From: Paragordius varius
Lineage: Eukaryota > Animalia > Nematomorpha
Length of the DNA stretch: 64,000 bases
Direction of reading: 5' to 3'
Assembly: GCA_964247055.1 (NCBI GenBank)
Contig: OZ176051.1
Span: 6,634,001 to 6,698,000, forward strand
Shown here: piece after piece, positions 31,910 to 44,519 of the stretch
How positions within the stretch are numbered: the first letter of the stretch is position 1
Layout: every line of letters starts with the position of its first letter
The notes under the pieces: generated by a model
Database searches by the model: none
Told to the model about the DNA's origin: nothing
What the model saw: only the letters and a program-made list of their open reading frames with translations
Program-made: the position numbers and the translations under genes

Positions 31910-34900
31910 TGAAGGCTTTTGCTGTGAAAGGGATTGGGTCTTCTGCAGACTGAAACTCTCAAAGATTGACCCGGTTTCAGATTTGATATTAACCGAACTG
32001 CATTGTAAACACATGACAAAATCAAGCACGCCGTTTCACAATGAGCAAAGTTGAGGATAAATTTACCTATTTTTTATCACCCCTCTATCAAAAGCGACCA
32101 AAAATAACACTTTCAAATGGTTTGCCTTTAAATTAATTTTAGAATTATTTCCAATTTTACCAGCTCTGCCAATTAGCTATAAGTTTTCAAGCCAAGCATT
32201 AATTAACAATTATGCCCAGAGTCTTCGTTTAAACAAAGATATTTTTGTGTGTAAGGTGTTGAAGATAGATGATTTTGGTATAAAATGTCAATTATTATAT
32301 CACATTGGCCCATTCTCATTTATGGATATAACGAAATTTCAATTTAAAGTTTTTAATTTTTTTATGTATAGGCGTTTTGCCCTTCTGATTATATACCTGA
32401 ACAATATTACAAGAAAATTCTCTTTATACAAGATAATATTAAATACATTAAACGTTATTTTTTAAGTTATATATAGTGATTATAAAAGAAATCGTAGAAA
32501 TACCCAATGAAGGAGGTGATCCAAATGAACCTGATTTTACTTCACTCCTTATTATGTCACTACTTAGCATTGATATGTAAATTTTTTTATATATGATTAT
32601 AGTGACAAAGACGATTTTAATGGATGTTTACCCAATCTGGGAGTTGTCAATAAAATGGATATGAACTATTATTTTTTGTAAGAATATTTACATTTTCTAT
32701 ATATATACCATTTATAGTTTCAAATATAAACAATTTAAATTCACTTTTAACACTTCAATTTAAATTAGGATATTTAGGGACATCAGACTATATTTAAGTT
32801 GATATTTTTAAAATTACTGAAAGATACGGTTCCAATTTAAATTTATGCTTCTTTTTACATAAATTACGAGCATTGATATAAACAGTAAAAGTCGTTTACT
32901 TTGCATTTTTTTACATTGCGATTGCACACATGTAATGTTGGCTAGATTTTTATTTTGGGGAACCATAAAATAAGTAATATCAAGTTTTAAATTATTTGGT
33001 CCATCAATGTCATATAAGTGCAAAATTTTGCAATGGTATCAATATAGTCCATATTTTAGGTAATATTTTATTTTAACCGGCCTGGGTCCCCAGACCTAAT
33101 TTGAATTGGAAGACTGTAATGAATATGTTGTATTCAAGTGTTAAACAATTCAAAATCATCCTAAAATATGTGATTTTAAACATAAAATTGCCTATATTTT
33201 TTTATTATTTTTATAAGTAAATTTAATATTAACTGAATACTAAAAAATAATAGACTATGCCATTAAAAATAATTTATATTAAGTATGAGTTATGTTTGCC
33301 TAACATAATATAAAAATAAATTTGAGTTGTTCGTTGAATTATTTAAGGGGGAATGTGAGGTGTAAAAGGTATATCTATGCTATTTTGTTATATTATTGCA
33401 GTTAGTTAAAGTCATTTCGATAACTAAGAAACCGCAAACTCGCAATTACCTTTGAAGTTTAGCACAATATCCCACACTCTGAAATAGGCACCCACTTTTT
33501 AAAAAATAATCAATTATTTACCTATTTGTTATAAAAAACTAAAAGGCTAAAATAAATTTTTTGTTTTAAGGGCCATCATACCGATAAAACGCAGTTATTT
33601 ATATTCCAAACAAGCAAATCAAAAAATTTAATAATTAAGGGCCATAAAAAATAACTTCTAGGGCTATGGTTTGCGCATCGCTAATTTAAACCTTAAAAAA
33701 AGAGGTTTTAAACCACTGTTGTCCAAACAGTTCTAATTTCGCTTAAAGTTTACAAATTACCTAAATATAGAATAATGTAATAAATTTTCTCGAAAAAAAG
33801 AAAAATTAAATCTTTAGAACTATTTAATTCTGCAGTAGTGGTCCCTTACATCTTTATATACAAATAATTTATTTTTTTTAAATTTAATGACAGTGCCTTC
33901 GATACTGATGAACAGGAGATTGAAAAATATACCATAAAAGATTTCCGCTTGCCAAACGAAAATATCGATATAAATGCTCAATCAAATTCTATAGCAATCC
34001 ACGATAGTAATAAAATACCGACTGACACCAGTGATGAAGGTAAATTATTAATAAGTTTAAAAAATCTTAAAATAATATTTTTTACAAATGACATCTTATG
34101 ATTGCCAAATAATTATTTACAAAGGATAAATTTTTGCTTAAGACTATGATGTATATTGAATACTATAAGTTAAAAATATCAGTTTTTAAAAGTTTATTTT
34201 GTGATAATTTAGTTATATCTAAATTTAATATATATAGTTTATATCAATCTTGATTATTCGATATGGTTTGGATTTGCGTAATTCTGTAAATAATAATGTG
34301 CTAAATATTTATAATAACCTATGTATATTAGGCATGTAATTCAAATAACAAAATAATAATTTTTAAATTTAATCTTAAAATATCAATTCCATTTCGATAA
34401 TCACCCAAAAATTAATAATTCAATACAATTTAATTTAATTTACATTAGTTGTTATAATTAAATTATACAATATTTACCACATTGACAATTGAATTAAAGT
34501 TGGAAACTTGATAGTAAATTTATATAAAATATTAATATATATAATATAGAACCGACCATACTACTTCCATCCTACCTATCCTTGTTAAAAACTCAACCAT
34601 GTATGCAAAATTTATCCTGTTTTTCGAATCTTTTGCATCAAATAACGCAATCATCAATTGCTGGACATTACTCACAACTACAAAACGCAGATAATCATGG
34701 GGCGGATGGTGAAAAGATTGAATGTATCGTTGAACCTTACAATGACGTTTGCACATTTGATCCAAAATTAGCTAGGTTTTTATCTAAGTTTTGCTTAAAG
34801 TTATACTAAAGAAACAGATTAGTTAATCATATCCTTATTAAGTGTTTTAACACGCGTCGATACGATATTTTAGTTGCATTTATAAAATAATATACAATAG

Positions 34901-37900
34901 ATATAGGTAATAAGAATATTATTTCAATAGATATTATATGAATATTGGAAATGCCGATTTTTATTTTTTATCCTGGAATTTGTAATTTTGATTAGGTGAT
35001 ACATCTTTTATCGATATATAATATAATTTTTAATTTTACTTTTAAGTTTGCAATTAAAATTACGCTCTCTGGGATTGGATGGAAGTACTGATTTATGTAG
35101 TACACTGCGTAAAAAACAAGCTAATTGTTGGGCCCTTGAAATGTAAGTTAAAAATCTTTAATTTTTTTGACATATTGATACATTAATATTAACAAATTAT
35201 TACAATTATTTTATCTTGGTTGAACTTGTTTTTATTTAGCGTGAAAAAAGGGATCCGTTTTTTCAGTCAAGGAAAAACGCTCGAAGCCAACCAATTTTAT
35301 AATAAGGCTTTATCGTTGGATCCAACGAATGTTGAGGCATTGGTGGCCAAAGGAGCTATGTAATTTTTTTAAAATAAATAATGATACCATTTACAGCTCA
35401 AATTTACTCTTGAACAATTCTAATTCACCCTAAAATAGCTGTACCATAAAGATATATTTCATATTATGATAAATTCCAAACACGTAATTTATTTTTTGGG
35501 TAAATTTGAATTCGAGGATGAATTTGAATTGTTTAAGAGTTGCTTTAAATGTTCAAGTGATGACGGGTGCAAATGATATGTGCGAGTTATACATTAATCA
35601 TGCTAAATAACATCTGCAGTAATAATTGGTTTAAATTTTATGCATGTAAAAATATTTTTTTCTTTCTTTTTTCTATTTTTGCCACTTCGATTTCTTTAGA
35701 TAATGAAAAATCAGCAATGTTTATTTACGCACATTAGAAGTTGATTTTTTTTGGTTTGAATATGGCATAATAAATGTAACACATTTATCTAACGTATATT
35801 AAATTTAAAATACTAGTAAACTTAAAAATGTTATTTCATCTACTTTGTTACTAATCATGAAATATATTAAAAATTAATAATTTATTATTAAATTTTAAAA
35901 CATAAATGTATGATCGTAAAATATTATTCATTTAAGGTACGCCAATATGTCCGATTTTGAAAAGGCAATCAATTATTTCCAGGAAGCCACCGATATTAAT
36001 CCACAACACAAAAATGCTAGAAATTATTTGCTAAAAACTTTACTAACACACGCAAAAATGTAATTAAATTTGTAATCGTTATTCCGACTTTTGATTTAAG
36101 CTTCAATTTTGAGATAATTTTCTTATAAATTATTAAATAAGAATTTATTTCCAACATGGGTTAGATTTTTGTATTTTAACCTGTTTGACCATATATAAAG
36201 GCAATCATTTATACTAATAGCCAGTTAATAATGTCAAAAATCCAAATATATGTTGTTAAATTATAAAGAAAATTGACCAATTCGCTTTTCATAATATTAA
36301 TAATAATTACATTAACAAAGTTGATAAATTTGAATTTTATACCATTATTTTTATTAATTTTATAACCGATAAATATTTATTCAAAACTTTTGACTATATA
36401 ATTTTATAGGAATTTCCAGTAATTAATGCATTTTTTATCGGTCAGTACCAATCTAAATTCCACTATTAAGACAACAATTTGTAATCTATAATATGTGATT
36501 TAACTTTGATTATATTTTTGCTAATTTTGGTTTTATTATAGGCTAGATAAACAATATATGACGATAACTGACGGTGATTCGATTACTGATACATCATACG
36601 CTAATGACTTGATTGTTGATGATACTACTGATACTTTTTCACGCAAACATAAAATTTTACATACTCTAATGCAGAATTACAAACGTGCCCTTGATGTATT
36701 TGAGGTGCTTGAAACGCAAAATTTTAATTTTAAACAGATATCTGTATATATGCCCAATGGTGGTGAGCCAGAATCTGAAAAAGATGATGAACAAAGCATT
36801 ACAAAATCCATTTTGAGCCCAGGATTGCAATCGATGGAAGAATTGTTGGCAGCGAAGAGTTTTGTCAATAATCGTTACGCGTACTTTTGTAAGATAAAGG
36901 ATGAAATGCAAAGAAGGGAAAATGAAAGGGTCAGAATGATTAACAAGGTATTTTAGTCAACAAAACATGTAACATATCATTCTATTTTGTTAATAATTAA
37001 TGAATCTATGTAGAGTTTCATATAAAAGTGTTATTTTATGTATTATAATCAACCATTATCTATGATTGATAAAATCGGAGTAATCTTGTTTAAAATATCA
37101 TATACAGCATTTTTAACTATTTTTGGTTCCTTTATGTTTGAAAATATGAGAGGTTCAACATTTTATAGTAACTTTTTTTACAAAACGTTGTTTTTCCCTC
37201 CATAAAATATGTTAGAAAACTGCAACAAAAAGGAACGAAAACTCCAGTCAAGGAAGTCCGTCTCAATCATCGTCTAATAGTTCCTCCAGTAGTGATAATG
37301 AATCTACTGGATCATCTGAAATAAATTCCGATAGTCAATCTTCCTCTACCGATTCATCGAGTTCACAAGAAAGTTCTTCTTCCAGTATAGAATCACCGAT
37401 TACAAGGAAACTTCCAAAAATCAAAAGGCTTAAACGACTCTCAACTAAGGATTATGTAAAAAAACATGTGAGGGACGATAATGGTAAAACAAAAGAAAAT
37501 TTATCAGGAATGAATAATATAACCACTACTCAGGCACCACTAATTTATAAAGGTATGAATGTATGTCCATATATTTTTGATGCAAAGTTTGCATGTATTT
37601 ATAAAATTGATTTTTATACATATGTTTAGAAATCTATTATTATAATGATGACGATGTAATTCCGCCCGGAAAATTCGCTGAAAAATGTAAGTACTCTATA
37701 TGATATAAATTTACAATTTATATTATTAATAATGTGATGTGTTTGTTTGATAGCTCCACATTCATTTACGAAAAAAATTCAGGACCACAAGTAAATTATA
37801 CCAATTTAATTAGCTTATTCATATATCATTTATCAAAGTTTATCGCATAATCCGTCACATAACGTGGGCGAAGACAAAATAGGCAATATTATTACTAACG

Positions 37901-38232
37901 AATCTCAAAATAATGCGTTTGTCAATGATTACAAGTTATTTTTATTTGTTTAATATTTTTATCCATTATCCAACATTTAACCTAATGAAGGCCTCCTATT
38001 CCAACATCTGGGAACGATATGTTAAATACTCAGGTATCAACCAATAAAATTGTGAACGACGATGTCTTCAAACAAAAGGGAAGTTACCTAGAATATCTTG
38101 ATATACATTATTTTTATATTTTTATGAATTTTACAGGAGTCACAAACTGAAGAAAGCAGGTCAAAAACCATGACAACATTGAAGGATATGGAGAATTTTC
38201 TTCAACAACTTAAGAAACGTCAGAAAAAATAA
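31910..38232 (+). CDS. TTC14: TTC14 (S1-like domain plus TPR protein); 5' start unresolved (~31600-31900)
   Basis: Exons give RLNKDIFVCKVLKIDDFGIKCQLL (S1-like, ~32225-32340), TLRKKQANCWALE (35102, cf. ALRKKQSASWALK), VKKGIRFFSQGKTLEANQFYNKALSLDPTNVEALVAKGAM (35240-35359) and YANMSDFEKAINYFQEATDINPQHKNARNYLLKTL (35937-36059, cf. P.HRNARKYLCQTL). There is also a Ser-rich exon at ~37213-37552 and a last exon ending DMENFLQQLKKRQKK-stop at 38232. Confidence 0.85.
33120..33369. mobile_element. MITE family 2 diverged copy in a TTC14 intron
   Basis: The interior resembles 23390-23530 (CCTATATTTT, AATACT.AAAAAATAATA, TATGCCAT) and the right end is GTGTAAAAGG|TATA. Confidence 0.55.
35386..35550. mobile_element. 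MITE family 2 internally deleted copy in a TTC14 intron
   Basis: TA|CCATTTACAGCTCAAATTTACTCTTGAACAATTCTAATTCACCCT on the left and an inverted GGGTAAATTTGAATTCGAGGATGAATTTGAATTGTTT on the right. Confidence 0.62.
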
Positions 38233-39119
38233 ATAAACAACACTATACGTCAATTAATTGTTATGTTAACTTTATATTTTTTATTTTTATTACTTTTGAT
38301 TACTATTTTTGACTATTATGGATTATTATAATTTATGCAAAGAGAAGGTCTAAGGAAAATCGAGATAAGATGTATTTTAGGATAATGTTCATATATTTCT
38401 TCCCCGAGCAGCCGCGCCTTAATCCCAATTTCGATGATTTTATTGATGAATTCTAACTAATAAATATCATCTACATATAATGTAAATGGACTTTGACTAC
38501 AACTACACTGAAAACTCTATTTGTAATTTTTAAACCTAATGGTTTTTGCCGCATAATGAGTTTTGTTTATTTTAGAGCAGTGGTTCCAAATTTTTTCTTG
38601 CCCCCCCTCATACAAAGTTAGAGCAAAATTCTAATATAAAAATAAATTGATATTCTTTTATCTGCAATATTTTAATATTCCTTATCGGGGACAAATCTTG
38701 ATAATTTTTTACATTTAAATACAATCTTATTATACATTAGTATTTTTAGCTTATAACGCTATTTTATTTTCTCTAATTTATATTTGGGTAAGAACGAGTT
38801 GAAGAAAACAATTAACAGTTTGGTATGTGTGAATTTAACAATGATTTCTTCCCAACACTGCAACTTAATAATTTAAAAAATATATTAAATTAATTATATG
38901 TTTAAAAACATATATTTAAGGTCGTTTCTCCAAATTATTCAACGCCCCATTTCTGTTTTAGAGCATTTAAGATGGTTTCTTTTAGGTATATTTTCAATTC
39001 TTTTATGCTACCTATTACATTTTATGTTAAATCAATCGGTTAATATTATTATATTTAACAAAGTGAAACTTAAAAACTCTAAAAGCTATTTTCACATATC
39101 CGAATTACCAATACCATTA

Positions 39120-39668
39120 CACTGTGACACATCTTTTTCTGGACTCGATTTTCTAAATATTTTCTGATTCCTTATAGTATTGTGTCAGATTTGCGTAAAA
39201 AATTTTTTTACTTACCCAGCTCGTTTTCGAGATATGGGACTTTTTCCATATTTGGACATATCCAAAATTTTCTTGTTTGTAAATATTTTTCACTATGTAA
39301 ACAAATAATATGTGGCTTACATAAGTATTTTTACAAGAAATTACCAATTTATATTCAAAATAAAAAAAAACTCAAAATATCCAATACTTTTTGTTTTAGG
39401 GGGCAAAAACCCTCAAAAATTGGGTAACAACATTTTTTCACACAAATATTTTTTGTCAGTTTATTAAATCAAAACAAACTTTATTATATGTTCTTGGATG
39501 TTAATAATGTTTGTTTAAGTATAATCACTTTGTATTAGCTTTGTGGACTTTTATTTTTAAAAATAAATTTAATTTTTACAGCTTTTTTGTTGCTTTTTTT
39601 ATGTAAAAAATGATTTAATTTATTCAGCTGTAAATACTAATTTATTTTTTCATCTGAAATTTTTAAAT
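39120..39668 (+). repeat. Left terminal inverted repeat of the Chapaev3-type element
   Basis: CACTGTG...TTTTCTGGACTCGATTTTCTAAATATTTTCTGATTCC...CAGCTGTAAATACTAATTT...CATCTGAAATTTTTAAA is the reverse complement of 42882-43441. Confidence 0.9.
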
Positions 39669-39969
39669 TTTGACCATATATGATGTCAGATATGTTGATT
39701 CGTTAGCTTCATTTTTAAATATTTTAAAATAATATGAAATGGACAGTATTGATTCTTATATAAATTTGGGATTGAATTCTGAATCGGAAAAATCGTCTGC
39801 CTTTTGGATAAGAGAAGAACACACCTTGATACCATCAAATACATTATATATATATACTTTAGGGATATGGATGATTCCCTCTTTGTCAAGAGTGCAATCT
39901 AAAGAAGCTTATTACCCTGATGAAGTTTTACGATACTCGGAAATGAATTCTTTTTTAATAAAAGTTGAG

Positions 39970-40340
39970 TCACCCATAAAATTTCAGTTGTTTAATGAAC
40001 AGTACGTATGCCACAGGGAAATCAAAGATAAGTACCCTCATATACTAAATTATATTTTTAATAATATTTTAACCATATATTCTTATAAATTTGATTTGGG
40101 TTATCGTCTCTTCGGTTAAATTATTGTTTTTTGTCGTTAACGTTTTATTTAATTTAAACTATTGTCGCTTATCAACAACTCTAATCAAACCTTTGTTTTT
40201 TGCAAATTTAAGTTAATGATGTTTTACCCCAGCCTGTTGGGATCTATATTTAACTGATTGGTTTATTCTACCTAGGCACTGTATGACATCGCCCAAGTAT
40301 TTAAAATTATTTACCAATTCGATTTTGGCGTCTGCCATAT
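39970..40340 (-). pseudogene. Degenerate non-LTR (RTE-like) reverse-transcriptase C-terminal fragment inside the transposon
   Basis: The minus strand gives MADAKIELVNNFKYLGDVIQCLGRINQSVKYRSQQA (cf. IE.V..FKYLG.....DG....EI..RI..A) and further on IKQLKFYG (cf. RQLRWFGH), interrupted by stops. Confidence 0.42.
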
Positions 40341-40724
40341 AAAAGTATTTTATTGATTTCTTTCATATATTCTTATAAAAACAATATATCGATTTGCAGG
40401 TAGTTATATTACCATGACAAAGTACCCAATCGCAACAATTTGTATATCACATCAGCTAATAGATTAACTTTCAATATGGACGACTGTGCAGAGAAAATTG
40501 GAGAATATGCCATATCATATTAAAAATGTTTAAATAAAATATAATACCATTAATAAATAATTTCATCATAATATATTGAACTATATGCAAATCCTAATTA
40601 TAATCAGTTATTAGAGTGAATATTTAGAATATATTTTGGTTAAAAGATTTTAAGACACGGATAATCTAATCTAGACTAATAAAGTAAATTAGGTGTAGAA
40701 AAAATAAAATAATAATTTATTTAT

Positions 40725-42484
40725 TCATATATATATATAATCGCAAATTAAAATTATATTGTTTCGATCGGTTTTTTCGAAGGGTTTCAAAATTTGGTGA
40801 CTTTTTTCTCCCCTTTCGTCACTAATTGCATCTTTTGGAAAAAAACATAAATGGGAATCCACCATATGAAGCTTTAGACTCATGCGGCATCCTATAGGAT
40901 AAAAATTAATATAAATGTTTAAAAAACAAATGATTATAACATACATACCCATCCTATTGAAAGAATCGATTAGACGATTGCCTAATTCCAGGTATTTCTT
41001 ATTTTTTGTATTTCCCAAAAATTTTGAGAAAAAGTTCGCAATGCAACCCATGCCGCTTTTTCTTTGGGTTGCATTTTAGATCCAAACATAACATCATTGA
41101 AAAGATTCGTAACCTAAAAAGAAATGTATAATACCTGCGGCCCTATCAAAACTGCGGCGTTAATTTTGGCAGGCGTCATCCTGAACTTCCTAAAGTAATG
41201 GGCCCAAGCTTCGCCATTTTTATCGAGACTGCACAAAAATGTTTTGGCCAATCCAAGCAGCGTGTGCAATGGCGGCAAAACAAGTTAGCCGATATTAATG
41301 GAGAATATGTCTGATTCTTGGGCCCAACTTCATAAGTTCTTACAGGCCAATTTTTGTGTGTGTAATGTTTCTCGGTGTCACGCGAGTTCCACTCACACAA
41401 AGGGCAAAAGAATTTAGGAAATCCTTTTTGTATACCGTAGAGCAGTCCCATGACCTCTAAAAATATTAGAATTTTAAGAACTTTATAATCCCCTGTTACA
41501 TGCCAATAATGGTAGTTGTATCGCAGTAGTTCCAAAATATTTTCAAAAATATCATAGGTTTCCCTATAAACTCGGCTGAATGCGATTAATATTGGCCTGT
41601 GCTCTCCGGCACGGTCCAATAAAAATGCCTTCAAACTTTCCTAAAGATGTAAAATATTATATACCTGAGAAGCGTCTAGAAATAATACCCATTGTGATGA
41701 ATCATATGGATAATTCATTTCCTTCATTAAGCCAATCACATCATGACACCATGATAAATAACTGTTTTCGGAAATTTATTCCTCTATTCCGAAAACTAGT
41801 TATGTTGATGTCAGTTAAATTTTTTCGATTAAGAGTCCTTACCATAAGTTCGGACGACCTAATATAATAATATATTAAAAAAATGTTTAGCATATTCAAA
41901 GATAAATACAAAATTTAACTTATATAATTAACGCATTTCAGCTTAAGTAAATTAAAATAAATTATAACATGCGTAAATCTATTATTTTTTCTAAAAATAC
42001 CGTTTTGAGAGATGCAACTTTTTGATTAGGGATATCACCTCAGTGCCACTTAATTTATTAGAATCCTTTATATCTTGATGATAAAATTCCAAATCATTAT
42101 CATCCATCATATCAAATAAATCGATATGAATGGTTGGAGATGGAGGTACGGGAAGGTCAATGGAATGATAAACAGGACGAATTGCGCAGGAAAAGTTTGG
42201 ATATTCGATAGGTTTTTTGTTTTTTTTGGTAATGTTAATATGGTTTTGCACAAAAGTAACATTCAGAATGAGATTTTGGCTCTCGCCATATCATAGGGAT
42301 ACCCCAAGGGAGTCCAGGTCCGGTTTTGTGGTTTCGGGGCCCAACTCTTATCGAGGTCCCCCATGATAAGTTTGAAATATAAAAAAAAGAGTTTTTTTAT
42401 GTAAATGGTAATGTTTAGCCGATTAGTTTTTTTTGTGTATTGTCCACATATATGGCAAACTATATTTTTATCTGTCGGACATCC
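40725..42484 (-). pseudogene. Chapaev3-like transposase, intron-containing, disrupted by about four frameshifts and an internal deletion
   Basis: Motifs in order: VCHICGQYT, YFKLIMGDLDKSWAP, PWGIPMIWREPKSHSECYFC, KKPIEYPNFSCAIRPVYHS, YDSSQWVLFLDASQ|ESLKAFLL, VTGDYK|VMGLLYGIQKGFPKFFCPLCEWNSR, LPPLHTLLGLAK, AVLIGPQ|V, FLGNTK, G|CRMSLKLHMVDSHLCFFP, ISDERGEKSHQ. Frame changes occur near 42250, 41770, 41280 and 41020. Confidence 0.88.
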
Positions 42485-42881
42485 TACATATATATATATA
42501 TATATATTACTTGGGTTAGAATTATATTTTTTTTGTACATATTGATATAATAAAATATTCTTGATGAAAAAGATGACAATGACAATAGCACGGCGTACAC
42601 CCCTTCGTACAATTGGTGAACCAATTGTCAGAGTACCGTGAGCTATATAAGTATTTGGAAAAAACCTTTTAAAACTTTTCTAATAAAATTTTTATGATTG
42701 CAAATGTTTGTATATATATGTATGTATATAAAATATTATTGTGATTTAATTTTTTACTGTAAGTTAGTGTTTTTAATTTGCTTATAAGACAAAAAAAGGA
42801 ATTAAAAAAAATACCGTACATAACCTGCGCTTTGGAAATGAAAAAGATGATATAATAGAGTATATTAAAATTAAAAAAATA

Positions 42882-43441
42882 TTTAAAAATTTCAGATGAA
42901 AAAATGAAATTAGTATTTACAGCTGAGTAAATTAAATCATTTTTACATAAAAAAACAACAAAAAAGCTGTAAAAATTAAATTTATTTTTAAAAATAAAAG
43001 TCCACAAAGCTAATACAAAGTGATATTTATACTTAAACAAACATTATTAACATCCAAGAACATATAATAAAGTTTGTTTTGATTTAATAAACTGACAAAA
43101 AATATTTGTGTGAAAAAATGTTGTTACCCAATTTTTGAGGGTTTTTGCCCCCTAAAACAAAAAGTATTGGATATTTTGAGTATATTTTTTTTATTTTGAA
43201 GATAAATTGGTAATTTCTTGTAAAAATACTTATGTAAGCCACATATTATTTGTTTACATAGCGAAAAATATTTACAAACAGGAAAATTTTGGATATGTCC
43301 AAATATGGAAAAAGTCCCAAATCTCGAAAACGAGCTGGGTAAGTAAAAATTTTTTTTACTCTGATCACAATACTATAAGGAATCAGAAAATATTTAGAAA
43401 ATCGAGTCCAGAAAATTGACCCCATATTTTGTTGCACAGTG
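42882..43441 (-). repeat. Right terminal inverted repeat of the Chapaev3-type element
   Basis: Reverse complement of 39120-39668 with scattered substitutions and small indels; ends GTTGCACAGTG. Confidence 0.9.
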
Positions 43442-44519
43442 TTATTATTTACTGCTAAGTCAATCACATTACTTAAACTAACAGATAATTTCTTTAATAT
43501 CCAATAAAGAGACGCAATTATGCTTTAAAATTTATTGAAACTATAAATGTTTCTAGCCCAAGAAAAAAGGTCATCTTTTTTATAATATAAAATACAGCTC
43601 AATTTATGTGCCTCGCTACGGAATAATACCAAGGCCGAAAATGAGGCCAAGAATTGTTTCATTGAAAAAAACTTCATATCAAGAGCTCTAAAGCATCATA
43701 CTTGAAAACTTAATTTGTAAATCTATGTTAGGCTGTTTCTATGCGACAGCTGTTGCAAATATTGGTTTTCTTAATCATTATAATTGGCTTCTGTAATATT
43801 CTCAAATGAAGAAATTATTTAAAATATAATTATTTATTATTATTATTAATAAATTATCAATGGCAATTTAACTATAATTTAGTGTTACGTTCGGTTTACA
43901 ATATACATTGTTGGGTAAATTTTGATTTTTGGCAACAACCCAAATCTCATTGTGTCTTCCAAACAAATCTGACGGCCTGTATAATTATAAAGAGTATAAA
44001 TACCGTGGAATTTACATTTATTTTCACATATTGATATATAAAAAATATGGTATTTCAAGAATTATGGATCTATAACCATATATATATATATTTTTTGCTA
44101 GCTATAAAAACTTTATCTCGCTTGCGAAAATTAATTTGTTAAATTAAAATTAATGTCTCTAAGATATAATATCATCTTATTGCCTAAACTTGATAACATG
44201 AAGTTACAGTTAGGTAGTGTAAACCATAATGTAATTACTTAACATTTTTTAGCTGAAAAAAATTATTTTAATATTTAATACAACAATTTTTATTGATTAA
44301 ATATTTCATAATTATAATATTTAACTCTGTAAAAAGTATTAAATCAGATCATATTCCTACCATTACTATTAACAATAGGCCGTCGGCACTTTTATTAGCA
44401 ATATTCAAACAAACTTTGCATCTTTGCTTTTAAACTTTTATTTTAGCAATTCAAATTTTCACATAGTTTTTCAAGTTAAGATTTTTTTACTTGCCAATAA
44501 TAGTTAAATAAATGATAAC

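Larger units (their letters stand above)
39120..43441 (-). mobile_element. Chapaev3-type (CMC superfamily) DNA transposon, 4.3 kb, with ~550-bp TIRs and a 3-bp TTA target-site duplication
   Basis: TTA(39117-39119)|CACTGTG ... CACAGTG|TTA(43442-43444). The segments 39120-39668 and 42882-43441 are inverted near-copies (the same ORF appears on opposite strands at 39153..39347 and 43207..43419). A Chapaev3-like transposase lies inside. Confidence 0.9.

Noticed and set aside
38330-38460. Minus-strand open patch (FINKIIEIGIKARLLGEEIYEHYP)
   Set aside because: No partner exons, start codon or recognisable motif.
38578-38610. hAT/Charlie-like terminus CAGTGGTTCCAAATTTT
   Set aside because: No matching opposite end or 8-bp target duplication was found; too short to support a call.
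40725-42484. Transposase frameshifts explained as sequencing error
   Set aside because: Long host exons in the window (e.g. 2.7 kb in SAP130) are intact, and the transposase also has an internal deletion after DKSWAP. Decay is more likely, though one or two homopolymer errors cannot be excluded.
39153-43467. Paralogous small genes at 39153..39347 and 43207..43419 (and neighbouring ORFs)
   Set aside because: They are the two TIRs of the transposon read on opposite strands; indels differ between them.
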